64,000 nt of DNA from Octopus bimaculoides (taxonomy: Eukaryota). Of this stretch, positions 12,864 to 25,000 are shown in pieces (the first letter of the stretch is position 1; every line of letters begins with the position of its first letter). The stretch covers positions 2,419,946 to 2,483,945 of the forward strand of contig NC_069010.1 of assembly GCF_001194135.2 (NCBI RefSeq). Direction: 5' to 3'. Position numbers and translations under genes: made by a program. Under the pieces are notes generated by a model. That model saw nothing but the letters and a program-made list of their open reading frames with translations, had not been told where the DNA came from and did no database searches.

Positions 12864-13468
12864 CCCACCTGACTGGCCTTCGTAGGATTTTCGAGCGAGA
12901 TCATTGCCAGTGCCCCTGGACTGGCTCTTGTGCGGGTGGCACATAAAAGACACCATTTCGAGCGTGGCCGTTGCCAGTACCGCCTGACTGGCCTTCGTAG
13001 GATTTTCGAGCGAGATCATTGCCAGTGCCCCTGGACTGGCTCTTGTGCGGGTGGCACATNNNNNNNNNNNNNNNNNNNNNNNNNNNNNNNNNNNNNNNNN
13101 NNNNNNNNNNNNNNNNNNNNNNNNNNNNNNNNNNNNNNNNNNNNNNNNNNNNNNCCCACCTGACTGGCCTTCGTAGGATTTTCGAGCGAGATCATTGCCA
13201 GTGCCCCTGGACTGGCTCTTGTGCGGGTGGCACATAAAAGACACCATTTCGAGCGTGGCCGTTGCCAGTATCGCCTGACTGGCCTTCGTGCGGGTGACAC
13301 GTAAAAGCACCTACTACACTCTCTGAGTGGTTGTTGTTAGGAAGGGCATCCAGCTGTAGAAACTCTGCCAAATTTAGATTGGAGCCTGGTGTTGCCATCC
13401 GGTTTCACCAGTCCTCAGTCAAATCTTCCAACCCATGCTAGCATGGAAAGCGGACGTTAAACGATGAT
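12864..13468 (+). mobile_element. Family-B SINE with internal 115-bp tandem repeats, spanning an N gap
   Basis: cctgactggccttcgt recurs at 12868, 12983, 13159 and ~13274; typical 3' tail at 13440-13468. Confidence 0.8.
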
Positions 13469-14157
13469 GAACACCTGCACATACGAAAGACTTTAAGACA
13501 TGCACACACTTATAAGCACACATTTATGACATACACAAAACATACGACTTACAAACATATACATCTACTTATCATGGATGTCTTAGTGGCATTATAAGAT
13601 CCCTGGCCCCTCTGATATCTCTTTATTGACTGCAACCCAAAACAGATAAAGATTAGAATTGGGTCCTTAGTAATACACACACACTTAAGTCGTTATCATA
13701 TATATTTATACATACACTAGTCACAAATATAAGAAACAACATACATGCTCTTACAGAACCACAACACAGTCATACATTAAATTCACAAACACATACACTA
13801 GCACAGAACACATACAACAGACTCACCTCTCTACACACATTAAAGTTCCAAACACACTAAAACCACAAAGACATGCACACATACTAGTCACAAACACACA
13901 TGCATTTAGAGAAACCCCCAAACATATACACACACACACACTAATAGAAGCGCAATACACACATGTACAGTAATAGAAGCACGATATACATGCACTAATA
14001 GAAGTACAGTACACATACACTAAAGTCACAAACACATATATATATATATATATATATAAACGTACACAGAATCAACAAACACATACATTCAGTCGACAAA
14101 GCTGCATACACACAATCACACAAACATAAGAGAACTATCCACCACGTGAGGAATTAC

Positions 14158-14182
14158 TTCCCTTGACAAACCACCTCTCCAT
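14158..14182 (-). CDS. MRPL52: Probable MRPL52 first coding exon (MERWFVKG+A), phase-1 donor A|gtaatt
   Basis: ATG at 14182 followed by 8 codons plus 1 nt and GTAATT supplies the phase-1 junction exon 2 needs. It lies where strand composition flips. An alternative start (ATG 14220, donor G|gtggtt at 14174) cannot be excluded. Confidence 0.5.
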
Positions 14183-14199
14183 GATTTACAATGTGTAAA

Positions 14200-14238
14200 C
14201 CCCTCAGCCAGCTCCGCCATTTTTGGTAAACAGCTTGC
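14200..14238 (+). other. RBM39: Probable non-coding exon 1 of RBM39 (start approximate; donor TGC|gtatgt at 14239 or TTG|gtaaac at 14226)
   Basis: Exon 2 begins with an acceptor and 26 nt of UTR, so an upstream UTR exon is required. This is the best promoter-like site with a plus-strand donor. Inferred, with no transcript evidence. Confidence 0.45.
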
Positions 14239-14997
14239 GTATGTATGTATCACGCCTTTCTCCCTCTCTATTCGTCTATATGTGTATGTGTGCGTGTTTT
14301 CTCCTCTATATTCCTATACGTATGCGCGTATGTGACACCTTCTCGGTATATGTGTGTATGTATGTATGTGTGTGTGCACTCTGATTCTCTCTTTATGTGT
14401 ATGTGTGCGTGTTTCCTCTCACTTTTCAGCCATTTGTTCATTCTTCTCTGTATACACGCAGGACGCGCATAGGTATATATATATATGTACGTATATATAC
14501 TATAATATATGTATGTATGTGTAAGAATATATTTATATATATGTTGACCACGACTGAATAATAAGGCCATTACAATATTTTACTGAGGTAAGAAGAATTA
14601 TACGTACATGTGTATTATATATAGTATTTAATAACCCATGTATGCATTATATATATATATATATATATATATAATACAAAGAATATATATGCATATATAC
14701 ACACATATGTACATACATCTACATGTGTATATAGATGCATATCATCGTACAGCTTTTGAATTTATGAAAAGGAAGAATATGTGTGTGTGTATATATATAT
14801 GTATGTGTATATATATATATGTGTGTGTGTGTATGTGTATATATATATAAAGTACTTGATATGTTTAAAGTAGTTTTGTATATGATGTCTGAAATTAACC
14901 GAAGCTTCCTTTTTCGTATTGTTGGTCGCTACTCAGAGTAGCAGATCATAGATAAAAAAGCCCTCTCCTCCCTTCTACTCCATGTGTATATAATATA

Positions 14998-15371
14998 TAG
15001 GCGTAGGAGTGGCTGTGTGGTAAGTAGCTTGCTTACTGACCACATGATTCCGGGTTCAGTCCCACTGCGTGACACCTTGGGTAAGTGTCTTCTACCATAG
15101 CCTCGGGCCGACCAAAGCCTTGTGAGTGGATTTGGTAGACGGAAACTGAAAGAAGCCCGTCGTATATATGTATGTATCTGTGTTTGTTCCCACAACATCG
15201 CTTGACAACCGATGCTGGTGTGTTTACGTCCCCGTAAATTAGCGGTTCGGCAAAAAGACCGATAGAATAAGTACTAGGCTTCCAAAGAATAAGTCCTGGG
15301 GTCGATTAGCTCGACTGAAAAAGGCGGTACTCCATCATGGCCGCAGTCAAATGACTGAAACAAGTAAAAGA

Positions 15372-15372
<1 letters not shown>
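14998..15372 (+). mobile_element. Near full-length tRNA-derived CORE-type SINE (family A)
   Basis: Head with A-box-like TGGCTGTGTGG and B-box-like GGTTCAGTCCC, CORE-like ccttgggtaagtgtcttct, internal TA/TG microsatellite and gtaaaagag tail. Many homologous copies occur in the window. Confidence 0.85.
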
Positions 15373-15425
<53 letters not shown>

Positions 15426-15480
15426 TGGTTTATATGTAACGAAGAAAAGAAGGGATCGTTAGGACACGCGTTCGTCTGCC

Positions 15481-16240
15481 TCTACACATGGCGACGGTGA
15501 GGATTCCTTCTTGTCTTTCGGCATCTGATTCCTTATGTATGTTTTCTCTTTAATTTTACGATAAAACTTTGCTGAATTTCACTGAGCTATGTCGATTATG
15601 GTTGAATACATGTTATACATCCATTTACGTGTGTGTATATATATGTATATATTGTTAAAAACTTTTAGGAACATGTCTTTCCAATGTCGGTTAAGACCTA
15701 GATCTTTCGAAGTCGTGCATCTTCGTTATTATTTTAATCACTTCAACAATTAAAACATTGTAGGAATTTCGTTGAAAAATGTCGTTTAAACTTATGTATA
15801 TACAGATGTGTATAGAAATAGTATATTTTGGAGGATTTCTACACATGGCGACGGTGAGGATTCCTTCTAGTCTTTCGGCATCTGATTCCTTTATGTATGT
15901 TTTCTCTTTAATTTTTCGATACAACTTTGTTGAATTTCTCTGAGTTATGTCGATTATGGTTGAATACATGTTATAAATAGATTTACGTGTGTGTATATAT
16001 ATGTATATATTGTTAAAAATTTTTAGGAACTTGTGTTGTGTTAAGACCTGTCTTTCCAATGTCGGTTAGTTAAGACCTAGATCTTTCGATGTCGTACCTA
16101 TTCGTTATTACTTTAATCACCTCAACAATTAAAACATTGTCGGAATTTCGTTGAAAAATGTCGTTTAAACTTTTGTATATACAGATGTGTATATATTTAT
16201 TGGAAATACATAGAGAAATAATATGTTTTGGAGGATTTAT
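15481..16240. repeat. Tandem duplication of a ~358-bp unit (2 copies)
   Basis: tctacacatggcgacggtgaggattcc at ~15481 and ~15839, followed by collinear sequence in both copies. Confidence 0.9.
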
Positions 16241-16989
16241 TATTTTTTTTACGAGAGGTGTTTCGATATTTCCTTCCGCCAATATATTATTCGTGCGTGT
16301 GTGTATACATATATATATAAAATACTTTGTGCTGGAAGTGTGTAGAGTATATATATGAAGCGTGTATATACACACAGTAGCAGTTTATCTCCTAGGTGCC
16401 CCCCCCCCCCCTCGTTTGAGCNNNNNNNNNNAGGTGCCCCCCCCCCCCCTCGTTTGAGCAGAAGTTAATCAAATGGCGTTCCAGCCATGACCTTTCATCT
16501 ATCTACCTATTTATATCTTTGTAGGTATTCCCTCTATCAGTATATACTCCAATCTATCCTACGTTTCAAAAGACAATAGGGAAGGGTGGTTTTTAAGGGG
16601 AATTTGGCTGCTATTTCTGAATAGGTTGGTAGATCGCTCGCTGCTACATTTGTGTGGGATTACACATACATGTTTGTGTGCATATTGTTTTTAGTCGTTT
16701 TTATATGCGAATCAACTGAATTTTCATTGAAAATCTCAGGGTTTATTGAATTTAAATTTATCAAAAAAAAAAAAAAAAAGAAAAATACAAAAAACTCAAA
16801 AGAGCTAAAATTATGTTTGAAGTATGATAGTTCTTCCCACTTGATATGTCTTGTTTCTTCTAGTTATATATCTAAACATATGAATTCGTTTCATGAATCT
16901 CATTTAAAATTTTTTTACTGGAAATAATGTAGCTAATTGGAAGTGTTTAGAGTGGTTTGTTTCGCTTTTGACCGGATTCTCGTTTCTAA

Positions 16990-17930
16990 ACAACCAGGCA
17001 TGTAAACATCACTATCACTGTCATCTTATATATTTTTATATTTCTTTCTATTCCCGTTGGAAATTATTTAAGAATTTCATTGAAATATGTCACTTAAAGT
17101 TTATGAAATATATATCCACTGAAAAATACATAGAAAATTGTATGTTTTTCAAGTGTATTTTGTTCTTTATTATCGTCTGCAGACAGACTGTGAACATCAC
17201 TGTCGTTACATTATATATTTTTTCGTTAGTTTGCCCTATTTCTGTCCTAAATTGTCTAAAACTGTAATTGAGAAATGTCATTTAGGATTCATTTAATTTC
17301 CTGACCAATAAAGAAAATTATGAATTTTAAAAGTATTTTGTTCTATTGTCATCCATAGACATGTAAACAATCCCCATCAATTCGTTTTATATATATATAT
17401 TTCGGTAAATTTTGGTATTATTTACCTGTATTTCTCTATTTCTGTCCTGAATTTCGTTGAAAAGTGTCGTTTAAGGTGTATTAGTTACATATTTCCCGAA
17501 AAATATTGAAACTTTTAAAGTGTATTATCATTTCCAGACAAATCGGACAGTAAACATCACCATCAGTTCATCTTATATTTTGTTATATTTCTCTGTTTCT
17601 ATTGTTAACCTTACATAAATTTCATGGAAAAATGTTGAATGTTTATTAAATGTATATGCAGTGGAAAAATAATATCGAAAATTGCAAAGTTTTAAGTGTT
17701 CTTTCTATTATCATCCATCGACGGATTTAAACATCAACCACCATTGGTCGTTTTATATATAAAAATTCTCTAATTTCATGCTTCATTGAAAAATGTCGTT
17801 TAAGGGTTGATATATATTTACAGGGGTGGGGGGAGATCAAAATGTTATTTTTTCGTTCATTTTTAGCCGAGCGCAGAAAACATACAGGCAAGCATGGCGG
17901 TCAGGCTGTCGGTGTTGTAAACATCGTTTT
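16990..17930. repeat. Diverged tandem array, ~180-bp period, 5-6 units
   Basis: A gtaaacatc-like anchor occurs at ~17002, 17191, 17362, 17550, 17728 and 17917; units share gaatttcgttgaaaa.tgtcgtttaa and tttaaagtgtatt blocks. Confidence 0.7.
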
Positions 17931-18389
17931 CTTGTTATAAATATATTCTCTTCAAGTCTGCCATTAAATGCGGACCACCTTTGATCATAGGTCTGACCTG
18001 GCCTACACAACAATCGTATGTGACAAACGAGGAAGAGAGTGCTCAATACATGGACAGTATATTCTTTTTGTTAGAAATTGGTGATTTAGCCCGTCACTAC
18101 TGTCAGGTGACGATGGACATATCTTTGCGCGCGCGCGCGCGCGTGTATGTATATATTGCTTGTTTTTATGTCTAGTTCCATTGAAACTATATCAAGCATT
18201 AACTAAAGGTTCACTCCACATTGTGGTATCAAAGTTAATTTAAAAAAGAGCTTGACCGTTTCCTTGTTTATATATATATATATATATATATATAATGTGC
18301 ATGCACACACATACATAGCCTTTGTGTATAATTGAGTATATATATAAATATATATATATATATAAACACATATATACACACTGTATGAT

Positions 18390-18428
<39 letters not shown>

Positions 18429-19396
18429 AAGATAGGCTTAAATAATGAACAATGCTAAAGATTACTATGGATAGTTTATTGAAACACGGGAGAATAATTT
18501 TGCCGCAAATATTTTAAGGTGTTCTGTTGTTACATAATGAAACAAGTATTTATGCTTACATGCATAATATCTTTTGATTTTAAATTGTAATGCAAAGACG
18601 ACGCGATGACCACTCTTATCTTTTATGATGAGATCTATGACGACCGTATAGTCCTTTCTTGGACCTGCAAACTATTGCAAGGGAGGGTCATGGCTGTGCG
18701 CGCGCGCAGTCACACTATGTAATGAGGTTAACATGAAGAAGGTCATCCAACTGTTGAAATCCTGCCAAAAGTGGAACGGTCGAGTGGGACGTCCTCGACC
18801 CTTCAGACGAGGGTCGCAACTGTGAATAACTGGCCTGGTGCGTGACAACACCTTTATTCCATGGCAGCATGGATATAGGACATAAAACGATGTCACACGC
18901 ACGTTCCTCCCTCCACATATTCCTTGTCATAGACGTTTTAAATAAATACACCGTCCCCCTGTCTTTGTTTCATTTCACCTAATTTGTGAATCTTTATTAT
19001 AAACCTTATCTAGATTTCAGTTCACAAACGTACAGTTGTGTCTATTATATATATATATACATACACAAGTATATATATATNNNNNNNNNNNNNNNNNNNN
19101 NNNNNNNNNNNNNNNNNNNNNNNNNNNNNNNNNNNNNNNNNNNNNNNNNNNNNNNNNNNNNNNNNNNNNNNNNNNNNNNNNNNNNNNNNNNNNNNNNNNN
19201 NNNNNNNNNNNNNNNNNNNNNNNNNNNNNNNNNNNNNNNNNNNNNNNNNNNNNNNNNNNNNNNNNNNNNNNNNNNNNNNNNNNNNNNNNNNNNNNNNNNN
19301 AGTTAAGTCATTGCTATATCCGGCTTGCTAATTTGGCGGGTGAGGCTGATATATTTGTCTGTCTTATGTACCTCTCTACTTAACAGATCGTCCACC

Positions 19397-19428
<32 letters not shown>

Positions 19429-19534
19429 TTCATACGAGTATATATATATATTTTATCTACTTTCTTGCCTACATATATCTCTTCTCTCTATACATGTATT
19501 TATTACACATCTGTGTCGAGCCATTAATCTCTGC

Positions 19535-19567
<33 letters not shown>

Positions 19568-20081
19568 ACAATTAGATGTTTTTTTGGTCAGACCCGTCTC
19601 TGTCTACCTCTGTCCATCTGATTACCTGCCTGACCGTGTCTACCCGTTTGTCTGCTTGATCATCTGTTTTCAATTCTGGACGCCACGGGGTTCCAATTCT
19701 ATTTTCAAATTGCTTACATTGCTACTATATATATGAGTATATACACTGGCGTACATACATACATACACACACATTCTGTGCATGGTGTATTTGTGTGTAT
19801 AATATATATTGTAGAATGAGCTCATTGTTGACTAACCTTAGTTTTTTAATTTATTACTTGCGTAAAGCATATGCTATATAAGGCGCCTGTGGTTGTAGGC
19901 ATCCTCCCGGTATTATTGTTAAACATAAATTAATGTAATTGACATCAGACATTTGTAGCCCAAAAGTTGTTGATGTAAAAAAAAAAAAACAAATTCGAAT
20001 TTTTTCTTTGAAGAGAATCAGTTTTACATACCATGCGTACTGATATCTGTGTTTGTAGTGTTTATATTGCTTGTGTGCATG

Positions 20082-20118
<37 letters not shown>

Positions 20119-20489
20119 ACATACATTTACACCTGGTGTGTTATATATAACGTCATCATTTAACGTCCGCTTTCCATGCTAGCATGGGTTGGACGATTTG
20201 ACTGAAGACTGGTGAAACCAGATGGCTACATCAGGCTCCAATCTGATTTGGCAGAGTTTCTACAGCTGGATGCCCTTCCTAACGCCAACCACTCAGAGAG
20301 TGTAGTGGGTGCTTTTACGTGCCACCGGCACGAAGGCCAGTCAGGCGGTACTGGCAACACACACACACACANNNNNNNNNNCACACACATACAGGCACGG
20401 CTATTCAGATGCATGAATTGATAGTAATGCACACAGATGTTCAGTCATTATTCATAAACATGAAATTTACACTATCCTCAGATACACAT

Positions 20490-20520
<31 letters not shown>

Positions 20521-21197
20521 AGAACAGTATCAATATTTATATGTAGTCAGTACACAACTAGTTGTTAGGACAGTTTGTGTTTGTGCAATAAGAGAAGGTA
20601 GACTTATTTTTTAGCTATTGTTCATCTTATACGAGTGTGTATAGTTGTGGATGTTAAGGACTTTGTTTATAACATGATGTAGCTGGGTGTTTGGACCTGT
20701 ATGTGTATTTGATATCGGGATATTGTGTATGTTAAGGGTTGTATGCTTGTGTGGTATAATTGTGCATATTTGTGTGTATGACATGATTTAGCTGTGTATG
20801 TTCGACACTCTTAATAGATATGTATGTATGTATGAAAATGTGTGTGTATGTATATATATATATATTGCCTTTCTGGCACTTGTACGCACAGCTGTGTAAG
20901 GAATTTCGAGCGAGATCGTTGCCAGTGCCCCTGGACTGGCTCTTGTGTGGGTGGCACATAAAATACACCATTTTGAGCGTGGCCGTTGCCAGTACTGCCT
21001 GACTGGCCCTCGTGCTGGTGACACGTAAAAGCACCCGCTACACTCTCGGAGTGGTTGGCGTTAGGAAGGGCATCCAGCTGTAGAAACTCTGCCAGATCAG
21101 ATTGGAGCCTGGTGTAGCCATCTGGTTTCACCAGTCCTCAGTCAAATCGTCCAACCCATGCTAGCATGGAAAGCGGACGTTAAACGATGATGATGCT

Positions 21198-21230
<33 letters not shown>

Positions 21231-21832
21231 CTCAAAAATTAAAAGAAGCAGGCTAGAACAAAAGTCAGTTAGATGTGCACAATGAATATATTAGGTTGAT
21301 GCTCAGTGAAAGTTTTAGATGGAAGAAAGGAGTGGATATGACGTTTCGAGTGTGGCCCTTCATCAGAAAATGGAAAAAAAGACTAGAGAGAAGAGGAGGA
21401 AAAAGCAGATAGTTCAGAGAAAAGCACGCATGTTGTTACATGACTTTTGTTGCTTTTTTATTTTTGATTTGCCTATTATCGCACACTTCTATCTACTGGT
21501 GACAATGATCTTGAGTATTTAATTCTTAGATTACATTATACCTTTGAATTCCCTTGGAGTATATCTATTCTGTAATATTGATTATATCTATATATATATA
21601 ACCTCACATACACACATTGAATCTTTTGTATGTACCTACTCAGCTTTATGAATGTAACATCTAGTGTGTATAGATGTTATATTGCCATAGCTACTGTTAT
21701 GTGTATATAGTTTGTATTATGATAGTAGATATGTGTGTGCATGTGTCTTTTATATACTCCTGTTGAAGTGTGTACAATACTGTATTATATTCTATTGAAT
21801 TGGTTGAATATTATTGACTTGTAAGCTTCTAG

Positions 21833-22010
21833 TGTAGGTTAATAGTTATGTACAATGTAGGTAGTGGTGGAGGTTAATAGTGATGGGTGATGTGGGTAGT
21901 GGTGGAGGTTAAAAGTTATGGGCAATGTGGGTAGTGGTGGAGGTTAATAGCTATGGGTAATGTGGGCAGTGGTGGAAGTAATAACTGGGTTGTGTGGGTA
22001 GCTGTGGTGG
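21833..22010. repeat. G-rich 35-bp minisatellite (gtagtggtggaggttaatagttatgggcaatgtgg), decaying toward ~22290
   Basis: Units start at 21861, 21896, 21931 and 21966. Confidence 0.85.
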
Positions 22011-25000
22011 AAGTGTGGGCAGTGATAAGGCATCCATGGGTGGTAAAGGTAATGGCTATAAGTAGTGGAGGTAATAGTTGTGGGTAGCAAGGGCAGTTAG
22101 GCTGGTAATAGCAGTAATTTGTGTAGACAGTGGGGATAGAAGTTAGTGGTGGAGGTAATAGCAGTGGGTAGTGTGGACAGCAATGTTGAAAGTAAAAACT
22201 GTGATAATAGTAATGCAGCTACTTTGGATAGTGTGTTAGTGGCAATGCTACTGCTGTGGGTAGTGTGGTAGTGATGGATGGCATCGAAATGAAATGGAAA
22301 TTGTGGAACTTTGTGGGCAGTCAAACCATGTGTCACAGACCTCATGACTATGTTTTATAGTGGAGGTTGGGACTCCTGTCTCAGTTAAGTATTGTGAGAC
22401 TGGAGGGTTTTATTTTTGATTTTTTTACTTTTGGTTTCTTTTATTGGTTCAGTAGCAAAGTTGAGGTCCCAGCTTCATGGCTTTTTCCTTGTTTCTCTGG
22501 ACTCGGGCATTTTGTCAGCTGCATATTTTGTTGATCCTGTATGAGACATAGAGGGACACAAATTTCAGTGGAACTAAATATTTTGTTTATTCATTTCATA
22601 CTGATAGCCTGGTGTAGCCATTTGGTTTCACCAGACCTCAGTCAAATCGTCTAACCCATGCTAGCATGGAAAGCGGATGTTAAACGACGACGACAATGAT
22701 GATGATGATATCATCATCCTATATTATATTGTCCAATTTTCCATACTCATATGGGTTGGACAGTGTTTTCCTGAGATAGATTTTCTTTGGTCAGCCTGGA
22801 GCTGTAGTAGAAGACACTTGCCCTGGATGCCATGCAGTGGGACTAAACTCAATACTTCAGTTGGGAAGCAAACTTCCTAATTATACAGCCACACCTGCGT
22901 CTATTTTTTATTTCTTGTTTTGATCATTGGACTGTAGTGTCCACTGTCTTGTAGTGTTTAGTCAAATTAAACTCAGAACTTTTTTAAGGCTGGTATTCAT
23001 TCTGTCAGCTCCATTTTGTTGAACTGCTAAATTACAAGGATGTAAATAAACCAACACCAGTTATCAGGTGGTGGTGGTGGAGGACAAACACAGATGCACA
23101 CAGAAATATATATATATATATACAATAGCTTCTTTCAGTTTCCATTTACTAAATCTTCTCAAGGCTTTAATCAGTCCAGGGCTGTAGTAGAAGACACTTG
23201 TCTAAGGTGCCATGCAGTGGATTAAACCTGTAACCATGTTGGGAAGCAAACTTCTTAACCACATACACATGCAAACATATTTGCCATGACACAATGTGAG
23301 GTTTGGTTAATTATTGTGCTTGCACTATCAGGTTAAAGTAAGCTCCTTCAACTAGTACTTTAATAAGGTCCCATACAGTTGGGATCACACCTAGGATCTT
23401 GTGATTGCAAAGTAGACTTTGTAGACATTCAGCTACACACGTGTGTGAATAGAGTGCCTGCTCAGTTTTTGTCTAGCTAATTTCACTCATAAGGATTTGG
23501 TTGACTTAGGGCATGGTAGAAGTTGCCACAGAATGGGATAGAATCTGGAGCCATGTGGTTGGTCATGGAGTAAACTTCTTAACTATAAAACCATATTGAC
23601 AAAGGAGGTTTTGGTATGAAATACTGGGGCATGATTTCATTTACATGAATGGGAATTGTGCATCCTTTCAAGCTTATTCCAAATATTGTTGTTTATCTCC
23701 AAGAGTCCCTACTGTGACTAACCCACTTTTAAAATAAAATTTTAGTGTGTGTCCTCTTTGTGAATTATAAGAGATTGGTTGCTGTCTAACTCCATGTTGA
23801 AGTTTTGGAGTTTCTTTTACTGCTGGGTAACCATCTCAAATATGAGTGAGCTAGACAGATGAAAGTGCTGCTGTATGGTTGCTGAACCTTTTAGCATAGC
23901 AACAGCAGCTGTCTATTTTCCCTTTGATTCACACTTCACCCTCTGGAGAAAGAAAAATAAAGAAGAAATATTGTGAATGTCAACTCTGTGGCAGTATGAC
24001 TGAAAAAGGGGTGGGTTATCTTAGTTGGAGTATTGGTGAAATTAGAGAAAATTTTGAAAGAATGGCCTATCCAAGGAGCTAGATATGGAGGTTTTCTGTA
24101 AGGTCTGTTTGATCAGAACTGAGCCACAATATTTGCATGATGTGAGACTAATAATATATTCAGTAATATGGATTGGAGTATATAGCATTATATCCTCATC
24201 ATCATTGTTTTATGTCTTCTTTCCATGCTGGCATAGTTGGACAGGTCATCACTATCCATATTGGCTGCCACTTGACGATCTGTACAAACCGACATGAAGA
24301 TATTGTCTTAAACAGCTTAGTGGACCATCTGTTGCTTGTAGATTTGATAATTAGATTTGATCAAAGTTGTAATCTAACATCTTTCAACTTTGTATTCACG
24401 TGTTTCATTTTATGTTTTTGTTCTGTTTTGTTGAAGTAAGCTCTAAGCTAACCCATGATTGAAGATATTTCAGCTGTGACTATCCTACTTTTTTTTATTT
24501 GGCTCGAAATCGAAATTGAACCAAATTTGACGACTGGCACCCATGCCAACCTTCCTTCATTGGACACTAAACTCAGCTTGCGATGACCTGTTGAGGCAAA
24601 TGAGATCGAAACTGAACCAAATTTGATGACTGGCAAGGGTGGAGCACTAACAGCACCATCCAAGCGGAATCACTGCCAGAGCAGCGGTCTGGCTCCCGTG
24701 CCAGTGGCACGTAAAAAGCACCATTTGAGAGTGATCATTTGCAGCTTCGGCTTACTGGCACTTGTGCCGGTGGCATGTGAACAAAACATTAGACTGACTC
24801 CTGTGCAGGTGGCACGTAAAAAACACCATTTTAGTGTGGCCGTTACCAGTACCACCGGACTGGTCCTCGTGCCAGCGGCACATAAAAAGCACCCACTACA
24901 CTCTTGAAGTGGTTGGCATTAGGAAGGGCATCCAGCTGTAAAAACTCTGCCAGATCAGATTGGAGTCTAGTGTAGCCATCTGGTTCGCCAGTCCCCATTC

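Larger units (their letters stand above)
14140..14240. promoter_or_regulatory. Putative bidirectional promoter shared by MRPL52 (-) and RBM39 (+), with YY1-type CCGCCATTTT (14214-14223) and E-box CACGTG (14143-14148)
   Basis: Both motifs are directly visible. The plus strand is CA/A-rich to the left (12.5-14.1 kb) and TG/T-rich to the right. Splice donors point outward on both strands, and CpGs are retained nearby. Confidence 0.6.

Noticed and set aside
12864-13300. 115-bp repeats inside a SINE as a notable array
   Set aside because: They straddle a 95-N gap with an identical cccac flank on both sides, so copy number is unreliable and partly artefactual.
16394-16459. Direct repeat aggtgcc(c)n tcgtttgagc on both sides of a 10-N gap
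   Set aside because: Most likely an unmerged contig overlap.
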